DNA of 64,000 nucleotides from an uncultured Desulfobacteraceae bacterium (GCA_964407525.1 CAYOWC010000003.1:1588-65587); one strand, 5' to 3'. Positions 9,299 to 17,292 are shown, numbered from the stretch's first letter. The notes: generated by a model not told the origin, from the letters alone. Made by a program: numbers and translations.

Positions 9299-10165
9299 TC
9301 AGTGAAGACCTTTGTCTCCTTCCATCAATGTTACCACGTCATCCGCGATTTTATTGAAGGCCTTCGAGAAAGGAATTTCCTCATTTTCAAGAATTGACAT
9401 GTTCCCGTCATCACCCCCTGCAACCACCTGCGGTTCGATGGGAAGAGTGCCCAGGAGCCTGAGGTTTTCCTTCTTGGCGGTCAACATCCCGCCATTGGAT
9501 TTGAACAGGTCGATTGTTTTTCCGCAATGGGGGCAGGACAATCCACTCATGTTTTCCACAAGACCTAATATTTCCATATTAACCTGTCTGCAGAAATTAA
9601 TAGATTTTCTTACATCTGCAAGGGATATTTCCTGGGGCGTCGTGACGATGAGCGCTTTGGCTCCGGGAATGGTCTGGGCTACGGTTAATGGCTCGTCTCC
9701 TGTTCCCGGAGGTGAGTCAATGATGAGGTAATCAAGGTCGTTCCACTCGATATCTGAGATGAATTGCCTGATAACACCGATTTTGAGAGGTCCTCTCCAG
9801 ATGGTCGCGGCATCCTTGTCTTCACCCATAAGAGATTCCACGGAAATAACCTGCATATTTGGCAGGTATTGCACCGGTGTTGCTTTGCTGCCCTGGGTAC
9901 CCGGTCCTACATTCCCTTTTAATCCTAACATTCGAGGAATACTGGGGCCGTGAAGATCCACGTCCATAAGCCCTACTTTTTTATTTCTTTTTGCAAGTGC
10001 AACCGAGAGATAGGCTGCTACGCTGCTTTTTCCAACGCCCCCTTTGCCGCTCATTACCAGAATCTTGTTCTTTATGCGGCTCAGGCTTGTCTCAATTTCC
10101 TTGTCCTGCATCTGATGTTGGTCTTTCTGGTTTTGAGAACTACAACTTTGCCCTTGATTGTTCAT
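9299..10165 (-). CDS. Mrp/NBP35/ApbC-family Fe-S cluster carrier ATPase
   Basis: [14 protein letters not shown] Walker A, a DSPPGTGDE switch region and the conserved C-terminal CPHCG cluster-ligand motif. Confidence 0.85.
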   Translation of the reverse strand: MNNQGQSCSSQNQKDQHQMQDKEIETSLSRIKNKILVMSGKGGVGKSSVAAYLSVALAKRNKKVGLMDVDLHGPSIPRMLGLKGNVGPGTQGSKATPVQYLPNMQVISVESLMGEDKDAATIWRGPLKIGVIRQFISDIEWNDLDYLIIDSPPGTGDEPLTVAQTIPGAKALIVTTPQEISLADVRKSINFCRQVNMEILGLVENMSGLSCPHCGKTIDLFKSNGGMLTAKKENLRLLGTLPIEPQVVAGGDDGNMSILENEEIPFSKAFNKIADDVVTLMEGDKGLH

Positions 10166-10281
10166 GGAATTTTAAACCTCCTAAGTGTCTGCTGATTCGG
10201 CAGGAAAATGTTTCTGCCGGGTTGTTTCTGCTGCTGCGTGAAATTAACTTTTTAAAACAATCTGTCAAGAGAAGAATCTCT

Positions 10282-10644
10282 TTATTTGTGCAATCCAACG
10301 CTGCTGCAACCGGGCATCAGAAAGCTTGAGTCAAGGCAAATGCCGTTCGGCTCTTTTGTGAAAGCCTCAAGCACCTGGTTTGCGGATCCGCATACCCAGG
10401 GGATGACTTGAATGCCGGAGGTTTGCAGCATGTCCAGAAAGTTTCTTGAAATGGCGCCGCATATCAGGACATCGATGCCGAGAACCCGAATCCGCGCGCA
10501 TCTGCGAATCACGGCCTGTTCCTCAAAATGGGTTTTGAAACGGGAGAGTTCCTTCTTCCCCTCTATTTCAAGTACCAGTAATGTGGCAGCAGTATCGAAA
10601 ACAGGGGATATTTTCCCTTCCCAGACGGAGATGGCAACTTTCAT
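10282..10644 (-). CDS. NifX/NifB-C-terminal-like (dinitrogenase FeMo-cofactor-binding fold family) protein
   Basis: MKVAISVWEGKISPVFDTA...VLICGAISRNFLDMLQTSGIQV is typical of the stand-alone NifB/X/Y-like domain. The ATG at 10644 has an upstream GAAGG; the track start at 10683 overlaps the preceding gene. Confidence 0.75.
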   Translation of the reverse strand: MKVAISVWEGKISPVFDTAATLLVLEIEGKKELSRFKTHFEEQAVIRRCARIRVLGIDVLICGAISRNFLDMLQTSGIQVIPWVCGSANQVLEAFTKEPNGICLDSSFLMPGCSSVGLHK

Positions 10645-10663
10645 GGAAAACCTTCTGTTTCTA

Positions 10664-11317
10664 TTAGTTTCCCAGACTTTCAATTCTGGTCGTGATACTG
10701 TTTAATTGGTCTTTCAAGGCTTTGATTTGTTCCATCAGTTCTTTCTTCTCGTTGTTTTCCAGGGTGGCAGGATTATCATTCGAACTGGCGGCCCTTGGAA
10801 TTGTTCCTCCTGCTCGGCCCATCCCTCTCCCCATGCCTCCTCCGCATCGGCTTCCCCTGCCCATTCCACCTCCGCCCCCTCTGCCCACGGAGAAATTTTG
10901 CTCCATGGCGACGTTTGTATCCGGGCTTGGGCTTTTTCCTCCGTTGCTTTCTCCTCCCATTCCGTGATGATCCGCAACGTTGGCCTCGGTTGTCGTTTTT
11001 AGATGTCCGGCCTTATATCTTTCAACAGCCTCTTCTATGCTTCCTGCTTGACCCACAACAAGTTCCACACCGGCAGCTTGAAGTGTTCGTACCGCATTGG
11101 GCCCGCAATTCCCCGTAATGACGGCATGGGCATCCTTTGAGGCTATAAACTGGGCCGATTGTATTCCAGCTCCTCCCCCCAGCGCTATGCTTTCATTGTC
11201 AAAAACCTGAAATTCCATATTGTCAATATCTATAATCAAGAAGTACGCGCATCTGCCAAATCGCGGGTCTATCTGATCGCTTAGATTCTTTCCCGTTGAA
11301 CTTACTGCCACTAACAT
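10664..11317 (-). CDS. Fusion protein: NifX/NifB-C-like domain, Gly/Arg-rich linker and a DUF5320-like C-terminal coiled coil
   Basis: The N-terminus is NifX-like (DPRFGRCAYFLIID...VITGNCGPNAVRTLQAAGVEL). The middle is GGGGGMGRGSRCGGGMGRGMGRAGG. The C-terminal heptad segment (KKELMEQIKALKDQLNSITTRIESL) resembles the tail of the protein at 13731-14099. Confidence 0.75.
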   Translation of the reverse strand: MLVAVSSTGKNLSDQIDPRFGRCAYFLIIDIDNMEFQVFDNESIALGGGAGIQSAQFIASKDAHAVITGNCGPNAVRTLQAAGVELVVGQAGSIEEAVERYKAGHLKTTTEANVADHHGMGGESNGGKSPSPDTNVAMEQNFSVGRGGGGGMGRGSRCGGGMGRGMGRAGGTIPRAASSNDNPATLENNEKKELMEQIKALKDQLNSITTRIESLGN

Positions 11318-11376
11318 GGTGCCAACCCCCTATCTCTTGCAGGTTTATAACTGGTGCTCGCTTCACTGTGCTCATA

Positions 11377-11392
11377 AGCATATTTCGTGCCA
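11377..11392 (-). promoter_or_regulatory. Candidate sigma-54 (-24/-12) promoter
   Basis: The minus strand reads TGGCAC-GAAAT-ATGCT, against the consensus TGGCAC-N5-TTGCW. It lies 60 nt upstream of the ATG at 11317. Confidence 0.5.
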
Positions 11393-11556
11393 GACGAATG
11401 AAATCGTATCTTTCCATGACCTCGCTTTCATATGAAAAATTCGGCATCCTTCATTTTCCAGTTTACACTTTTGTCGTCACATCTACCTGCTTTCCATACT
11501 CCTGCGTTGGTGTTGAAACCCCTGTGTACGCACTCTCACCCAACCATCGTCAGGAA

Positions 11557-11640
11557 CCTCCAGGAACTTCGTCCGTTTCCGGAGTCTCGCAGGCTCGCTT
11601 ACCCGGAGTCCCGCGCGGGAATGACGAGACGGATGGATTT
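11557..11640. repeat. Short intergenic repeat, related to the element at 51330-51425
   Basis: It shares CCAGGAACTTCG (11560-11571 vs 51361-51372) and GGGAATGAC (11617-11625 vs 51401-51409) in the same order. It also contains GCTCGCTTACC, the reverse complement of the GGTAAGCGAGC motif seen at 62603. Confidence 0.4.
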
Positions 11641-11969
11641 TGACTTTTTACGAATTTATCAGATATTGACTTGAGGAATATTTGTTGTTGCAGATATGCA
11701 GATCTTTCGTCGATTAAGTTGCAGGTATGCAATTTTGTGATATGGAAGGTGTGTATGGATGAGGCGGGGGCATTACAGGGATCAGCCCCCGCCGAAGAGA
11801 TAAAATTCTGAAAGAAGAATATCCTGCCCTATCCGAAAAAAACTTCATCGCCATTGCCGATATAAAGGTCGCTTTTTCACCCGTATTGCGCACTTCCTTT
11901 CACCATGGGATATCCAAGGTCTTCCATTTTCTTCACAGCGGCCAGACCTGTGCAGTGATTGTTCAATCC

Positions 11970-12215
11970 TTACGCGTGGCCGCAACAACTCCCGGGACCT
12001 GCACAGGTGGAAGGCGGGCCACCGGTTCCGCAACACCGATCGGCGGCATCTTTAGGGAAACTCCCAGTGGGGTTTACGGCGGCATGGGCTGAAACCAATT
12101 TCTTCAGGTTACGACTACCGCAATTCCCACATGCCGCAAGGTCGATTTCATTAGCTGAAAGCAGCATTTCGATAGATTGGCCGCAGTCAAGACATTCGAA
12201 TTCATAAATAGGCAT
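11970..12215 (-). CDS. FmdB-family (CxxC_CxxC_SSSS) zinc-ribbon protein with a Cys/Gly-rich tail
   Basis: The hallmark MPIYEFECLDCG...CGNCGS is present. The C-terminal tail is CCGTGGPPSTCAGPGSCCGHA. Confidence 0.8.
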   Translation of the reverse strand: MPIYEFECLDCGQSIEMLLSANEIDLAACGNCGSRNLKKLVSAHAAVNPTGSFPKDAADRCCGTGGPPSTCAGPGSCCGHA

Positions 12216-12231
12216 CGTTGCTCCTTTTTTC

Positions 12232-12591
12232 CTACCACTGTCCTTCTACATTTGCTTCATCCGCAAGAGGCAATGATCCATCCATGTACGCTTTTACGGC
12301 TTCCTTTATTGTTCCTGAAGCATTGTTGGCGACCCCAATATTCGCGGCTTTCATGCCTTTGAACGCGTTGGGACCGCAAAAGCCGGTGAGCAGGACTTCC
12401 GCCCCTTTTTCGCTGACCATTTGGGCAGCCTGAATGCCGGCGCCCTTGAGTGCATTTAAATTTTCTTTGTTATCAAGGACTTCAAAGTCTAATGTGTCGG
12501 AGTCTACCAGAAGAATATACTGGGCTCTTCCGAAACGAGGATCCACTTCAGAGTCAAGATTTGTTCCCTGGGATGTTACTGCGATTTTCAT
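12232..12591 (-). CDS. NifX/NifB-C-like domain protein
   Basis: The internal ATG at 12591 has GGAGG upstream and begins after the upstream stop at 12608. MKIAVTSQGTNLDSEVDPRFGRAQYILLVD...LLTGFCGPNAFKGMKAANI matches the NifB/X/Y-like family. Confidence 0.8.
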   Translation of the reverse strand: MKIAVTSQGTNLDSEVDPRFGRAQYILLVDSDTLDFEVLDNKENLNALKGAGIQAAQMVSEKGAEVLLTGFCGPNAFKGMKAANIGVANNASGTIKEAVKAYMDGSLPLADEANVEGQW

Positions 12592-12607
12592 TGTTCCTCC
12601 TTTAAAA

Positions 12608-13045
12608 CTATGTTTCGTTCGCTGCAGTTTCCACATTCTGGTTTTGATACTCATCAATGGCCTTGTGCAGAGCTTTGATCGCCAGGCGTGCGCAATGCAC
12701 TTTCTGGTCGGGAAGCTTTTCAAGCTCCTTGTAAAGAGTATCCAGGTTTATGCTTTTCGCTTCATCAAGGCTCTTTCCTTTTGCCATGCCTATGACAGCA
12801 CAGCCTGAAGCTACAGCCCCGGGACAGCCAAGTATCTGGATTTTAGCATCTTTAATCTTACTGGCATCAATATTCAGCGAAACTTTCATTGTATCGCCGC
12901 AGGGCCCTGTAATATCCGTGACCTGATTTGCTCCTTCAAGAATTCCAAGATTCTCTTTTGACTGAAAATATTCAATTGCCTTGTCTGAATACCCTGATTC
13001 AGAAAGCATTTTGTAAACATCTTCATTCGTTTTTTGGTCAGTCAT
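12608..13045 (-). CDS. IscU/NifU N-terminal-like Fe-S scaffold protein (second copy)
   Basis: GPCGDTM, LGCPGA and KVHCARLA cysteine contexts. At 145 aa it is the same length as the copy at 8594-9031. Confidence 0.8.
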   Translation of the reverse strand: MTDQKTNEDVYKMLSESGYSDKAIEYFQSKENLGILEGANQVTDITGPCGDTMKVSLNIDASKIKDAKIQILGCPGAVASGCAVIGMAKGKSLDEAKSINLDTLYKELEKLPDQKVHCARLAIKALHKAIDEYQNQNVETAANET

Positions 13046-13085
13046 TCAAAAAAACCTCTTTTCTGATAAAGTCCTGGCGCTGTTG

Positions 13086-13472
13086 TTACTGAGCGCCGCC
13101 TCCGCCACCACATACCTGATCATCCCCAATCTCTGACAATTTTCCTTCTATGAGATCATCTACTACAGGTCTTATCTGAGATCTGGTGTCATCATGAAAC
13201 ACGTTTACACCAGCCTGTTTAAAACCCATCAGCGGTCGCATTCCTATTCCGCCTACAATCAAGGCGTTGACATTATGGCTTGCCAGCAGATTTACCGGTA
13301 CCATGCATCCCCCCTGGACGTGGCTCTGGTTGGGGATGGTTGTTACCTGTTTGATCTCTCCGCCTTCCACATCTACAAAGGTGAAAACGTCACAGTGTCC
13401 AAAATGTCCTGATCGTTCACCATCAAGGCCGCCTGTTCCCATACTTGGTATGGCAATTCTTCCATCCTGCAT
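13086..13472 (-). CDS. NifX/NifB-C-like domain protein
   Basis: HFGHCDVFTFVDVEGGEI...ALIVGGIGMRPLMGFKQAGVNV matches the NifB/X/Y-like fold family. Confidence 0.75.
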   Translation of the reverse strand: MQDGRIAIPSMGTGGLDGERSGHFGHCDVFTFVDVEGGEIKQVTTIPNQSHVQGGCMVPVNLLASHNVNALIVGGIGMRPLMGFKQAGVNVFHDDTRSQIRPVVDDLIEGKLSEIGDDQVCGGGGGAQ

Positions 13473-13563
13473 TTTAAAAACCTCCCTTTAATAAAAAAAT
13501 TGATAAAAATGATGTAACCCGGTGTTGGGTTGTTTCCTTTTGAAGACCATTCCGAAATTCACA

Positions 13564-13579
13564 TGCATATTGTGTGCCA
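13564..13579 (-). promoter_or_regulatory. Candidate sigma-54 (-24/-12) promoter
   Basis: The minus strand reads TGGCAC-ACAAT-ATGCA. It lies 92 nt upstream of the ATG at 13472 and just downstream of the terminator at 13673-13710. Confidence 0.5.
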
Positions 13580-13672
13580 TGATTTTCGGAGTTGGGTTCG
13601 GTAAGGAAAGGTGCTTTTATCTTCATTGTACTAAACCCACTTGTTTCAGGCTTCCAAAATTGATGACCCTGC

Positions 13673-13710
13673 TAAAAAAATGTGCCTGAACAAGTTTTCA
13701 GTCCAGGCAC
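13673..13710 (-). terminator. Rho-independent terminator after the DUF134-DUF5320 pair
   Basis: The minus-strand RNA reads gugccugga-(11 nt loop)-uucaggcac, a 9 bp stem including one G-U pair, followed by U7. It starts 20 nt after the stop at 13731. Confidence 0.6.
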
Positions 13711-13730
13711 AAATGACTCAACGTGATTGT

Positions 13731-14099
13731 TCAGGAAGACTTTCTTTGCAAATCTGCAATAGATTTTCGAACGCCTTCCAGGGTGTTTTTTAACCCTTCG
13801 ATCTCCATTCGGAGAGACTCGGCTTCATTGGAAATATTCCCTGCATGAATGGATCTCTGATTTTGAAGCTCGTTGTCGTTTCCCGGTCCAGCGAAACCGT
13901 CTAAACGATCGGGCCTCCATTCCGCCATGCTTCTCTTTCGGCCAAATCCCTGTCCAAAACCTCTTCCAAGACCACGGCCACCTAGGTTTCCTCTGTTGGC
14001 GACCTGTTCACTCCCACGGCCTGATGGAGTGCAATATCCTCTGCCTCCCCCCGTCATGGGACCTCTACCCATGGGTCCTGTTCCATTAAATCCCGGCAT
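13731..14099 (-). CDS. DUF5320-family protein (Gly/Arg-rich N-terminal part, C-terminal coiled coil)
   Basis: MPGFNGTGPMGRGPMTGGGRGYC is the characteristic DUF5320 N-terminus. A C-terminal heptad segment follows (EAESLRMEIEGLKNTLEGVRKSIADLQ). The ATG at 14099 has GGAGG 8 nt upstream. Confidence 0.7.
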   Translation of the reverse strand: MPGFNGTGPMGRGPMTGGGRGYCTPSGRGSEQVANRGNLGGRGLGRGFGQGFGRKRSMAEWRPDRLDGFAGPGNDNELQNQRSIHAGNISNEAESLRMEIEGLKNTLEGVRKSIADLQRKSS

Positions 14100-14114
14100 A
14101 TCAATCACCTCCTT

Positions 14115-14450
14115 TCAAAGTGGTCCGCACGGACCGCGTCGTTGTTTTCTTCGGCAATGCGGCATTTCAAAGTTCCCACCCTCGATTCGAAGTTCTTTCC
14201 CCATCACCAGCGCTTCCGCTACTTTGGTTCTGGCGTGGCGCAGGATCCTTCCGAAAGTCTGTCGAGAAATTCCCATTCTCTGGGAAGAAGTCTCCTGATC
14301 AAGACCTTCAAAATCATTTAATCGAATGGACTCCAAACCTTCAATGGGAAGAAAAACAGTCTTCACTTCAGTTTCCGAAGTCCTGTTTGGTTGAAACCGG
14401 TTTGCCGTCGGCTGACCCTGAACGAATCTCCTTTTCCGCGGTCTGGGCAT
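14115..14450 (-). CDS. DUF134 (UPF0251) family putative DNA-binding protein
   Basis: MPRPRKRRFV... is the family-typical start. A sigma-70 region-4-like HTH follows (ETSSQRMGISRQTFGRILRHARTKVAEAL). I chose the start at 14450 because GGAGG lies 5 nt upstream; the track start at 14513 is a TTG. Confidence 0.75.
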   Translation of the reverse strand: MPRPRKRRFVQGQPTANRFQPNRTSETEVKTVFLPIEGLESIRLNDFEGLDQETSSQRMGISRQTFGRILRHARTKVAEALVMGKELRIEGGNFEMPHCRRKQRRGPCGPL

Positions 14451-14823
14451 CATCTCCTCCTGATCGTTATGATCATACGACCATAAGGTAGTGTGTGGAA
14501 GCGGCATTGTCAAGGGTAATTATGAGCATTTGACCAAAAAGGTTTCCCGTGAAGTGGAAATTTTTGGGGAATTTTTCATACGAAGGGGTGAAGATCAGAT
14601 GTTTTTGCTGTAATTTATCAATAAGTTGGGGCGGAATTTATCCGTAAGATTTTTATAAAAGGCTTACGCCTGAACTCCAAGAAGACAATGGCTTTTCAAG
14701 CGGTTTTGAGGAGTGTCCAACGTGAAAAGGTCGTTCCAGGAGGCGGGCAGGGCCAGAGTTTTCATCTCCCGTTCTGGTCAGTGTTTACTCTGAAAGGGGT
14801 GGTGTTCTTAGAACGCTATTGGA

Positions 14824-17046
14824 TTATCGTTTCAGAAGCCTGCCTACTCTGGCCAGGAGTCTTTTCGGGACAACCGGTTTTGTAAGATAGTCATCTGCCC
14901 CCGCATCTATTACCTCCACCTCAGATTCCACCTCATCTTTTGCTGTGAGCATGATTATGGGGATGAAACGTGTAGCCATTTGCGATTTGAGTTTTTTTAT
15001 CAGGGTGACGCCGTCCATCTTAGGCATCAGGAAATCAGTTACAATAAGATCGGGCCTTTCCATGGAAGCCATTTTCAGGGCTTCCAGACCATTTTCCGCC
15101 GAAACAACCAGGAACCCCTCAGACTCCAGCAAATGACGGAGCAGTTTGAGAATAATGGCGTTATCGTCAACCACAAGAATTTTTTTCGGACTCACGCTTC
15201 TTATGGTAGTGGAAACATCAGGGGCTTGGTCTTCTTCTTGAAAGGTCCCGTCCTGAATGGGGTCCTGGGAAATACCGGGTTCAGCAGGCTGTCCTCGTGA
15301 CGGTTGTTTCGCCTCCGGTGGGGCTACCCGAAACACTTCGTCGATTGAGGTCCGGCCTTCCAGGGCCTTCATGATGCCATCGACAGCCATGGTGTTGAAA
15401 CCTTCCTTTTCTGCCGTTTCTTTTAGTTCCACTCCAGGTATGTCAGGGGAAATAATGCGTCTGAGAGAAGGAGTTACCATGAAGACTTCGAAAAGGCCCA
15501 AACGCCCGGAGTACCCAGTAAAATTACATGATTCGCAACCTGCTCCCTTCCAGAATATGGCGTTGGGATCATGTTTAATGTATGGACCGATAAGTTCCAT
15601 CTGTTCGGGCAGCAAAGTCTCCGGCACCTTGCATTCCTGGCATACCCCCCGAACAAGCCTCTGCCCGACAACGGCAATGAGGGACGCGGATACCAGAAAA
15701 GGATCGATCCCCAGATCCATTAGCCTTGTAACAGCGGAAGGCGCATCGTTTGTATGGAGAGTTGAGAGGACAAGATGCCCTGTCTGTGCGGCCTGAAACG
15801 CAGTAACGGCTGTTTCACTGTCCCGGATTTCGCCAACCATGACAATATCAGGATCCTGTCTGAGAATGGATCTGAGCCCCGCCGCGAATGTAATACCGGC
15901 GGCAGGGTTTATCTGTACCTGGTTAATTCCTGCCACGTCAAACTCAACAGGATCTTCAACCGTTACGATGTTTACTTCAGGAGAGTTCAATTTATTCAGG
16001 CAGGCATAAAGGGTGGAGGATTTTCCACTCCCAGTTGGCCCGGTCACAAGAATCATCCCCTGGGGCTTACTTATGGCGCCAAGGATATTTTTCAGGTCTT
16101 CTTTGGAAAAACCGAGATCTTCAGGATTCATTTCCGCCGTGGCCGGATTCAAGATACGGATGGTCACTTTTTCTCCGTAGGAGGTGGGAAGCGTAGATAC
16201 CCTGAGATCAAATACTTTGTCGCCGCTTTTGACTTGGGCCTTTCCATCCTGAGGTTTTCTCTTAATAGAAATATCCAGGTTTGAAATAATCTTGATTCTG
16301 GAAACGACCCCCGCATGGATTTGCTTATCGGCACGCATGATCTCCCGCATGATTCCATCTACGCGATAACGAATAATGATGGACTTATCCTGTGGTTCAA
16401 TATGTATATCGCTTGCCTTGAGTTTGATGGCATCTGCCAAAACCGAATTTGTGAAGCGAACAATAGGTGGAAGTTCCGTGAGTACGAGAAGTTCATGGGC
16501 ATTTTCTTCCTTCTCCTCTTTCTCCCGAATGATTTCTATGTCTTCTCCAAAATCCGGCCCTGAATCCAGATTTCTTTTGAGATCCCCCTTGGGGTAATGT
16601 CTTTGAATGGCATCTAATATATCTCCTTCTGGAACAACAGCCACATCAATCGGCAACTGGGTGAAAAAACGCAAATCATCCATTGCGTAAAGATCTAAAG
16701 GATTTGCCATGGCAACAAGAAGGCTTTTTTCTTTTTTCTTAAGGGGAATAACCAGATGGTTTTCAGCGAGTTCGGCAGGTACCAGAGCAATGACTTCTTT
16801 CGCTATGTTTACATTATTAAGTCGGCCGTATGGAATCTTGAGCTGCACGGCAAGGGTTTTGGCGATGACCACTTCGTCTGCAACGCCCATGTCTACGAGA
16901 ACCTGCCCAAGTCTCTTTTTTTGCTGCTTTTGAAGGTCAAGGGCTTTGGTCAGAGTTTCTTCATCTATAAGGCCGGTCTTTACCAGGTATTCCCCCATTC
17001 TCATTTTTTTTGGAGGGGAAGCTGTAGGTTGTTTTGGGGTAGTCAT
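14824..17046 (-). CDS. GspE/PilB-family secretion ATPase with an N-terminal tandem MshEN motif and a C-terminal response-regulator receiver domain
   Basis: Walker A (GPTGSGKSS) is present. It also has the tetracysteine motif CQECK...CESCNFTGYSGR. The N-terminus reads RMGEYLVKTGLIDEETLTKALDLQ-KQQKK-RLGQVLVDMGVADEVVIAKTLAVQ. The C-terminal REC has VVDDN, VTDFLMPKMDG, MLTAK and DYLTKP. Confidence 0.85.
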   Translation of the reverse strand: MTTPKQPTASPPKKMRMGEYLVKTGLIDEETLTKALDLQKQQKKRLGQVLVDMGVADEVVIAKTLAVQLKIPYGRLNNVNIAKEVIALVPAELAENHLVIPLKKKEKSLLVAMANPLDLYAMDDLRFFTQLPIDVAVVPEGDILDAIQRHYPKGDLKRNLDSGPDFGEDIEIIREKEEKEENAHELLVLTELPPIVRFTNSVLADAIKLKASDIHIEPQDKSIIIRYRVDGIMREIMRADKQIHAGVVSRIKIISNLDISIKRKPQDGKAQVKSGDKVFDLRVSTLPTSYGEKVTIRILNPATAEMNPEDLGFSKEDLKNILGAISKPQGMILVTGPTGSGKSSTLYACLNKLNSPEVNIVTVEDPVEFDVAGINQVQINPAAGITFAAGLRSILRQDPDIVMVGEIRDSETAVTAFQAAQTGHLVLSTLHTNDAPSAVTRLMDLGIDPFLVSASLIAVVGQRLVRGVCQECKVPETLLPEQMELIGPYIKHDPNAIFWKGAGCESCNFTGYSGRLGLFEVFMVTPSLRRIISPDIPGVELKETAEKEGFNTMAVDGIMKALEGRTSIDEVFRVAPPEAKQPSRGQPAEPGISQDPIQDGTFQEEDQAPDVSTTIRSVSPKKILVVDDNAIILKLLRHLLESEGFLVVSAENGLEALKMASMERPDLIVTDFLMPKMDGVTLIKKLKSQMATRFIPIIMLTAKDEVESEVEVIDAGADDYLTKPVVPKRLLARVGRLLKR

Positions 17047-17292
17047 GAATGTTGCCCTTTTCTAATTAAGTGATTTCTGCTCAATAAATCATTTTCAGGC
17101 GGTTGCAAGGCTATGCCTATACAGCAAATTCTTTCATAAGTTTAACACTTTTGATGGAAGGATGCAATTATTAGTGAAAGGCTTTCCATCGGTTGAATCC
17201 TACTTTGACAAGATACGAACCTGCGAAAGACACAGGACTTGGAGAAAGAGGGGATGAGCCGAAGGCAACGGATTTCAAGCCGAATGAAGATA

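Noticed and set aside
17105-17125. Sigma-54-like sequence upstream of the GspE-REC gene (minus strand aGGCATagccTTGCAa).
   Set aside because: The GG-to-GC spacing is one nucleotide short of the invariant spacing, so it is unlikely to be functional.
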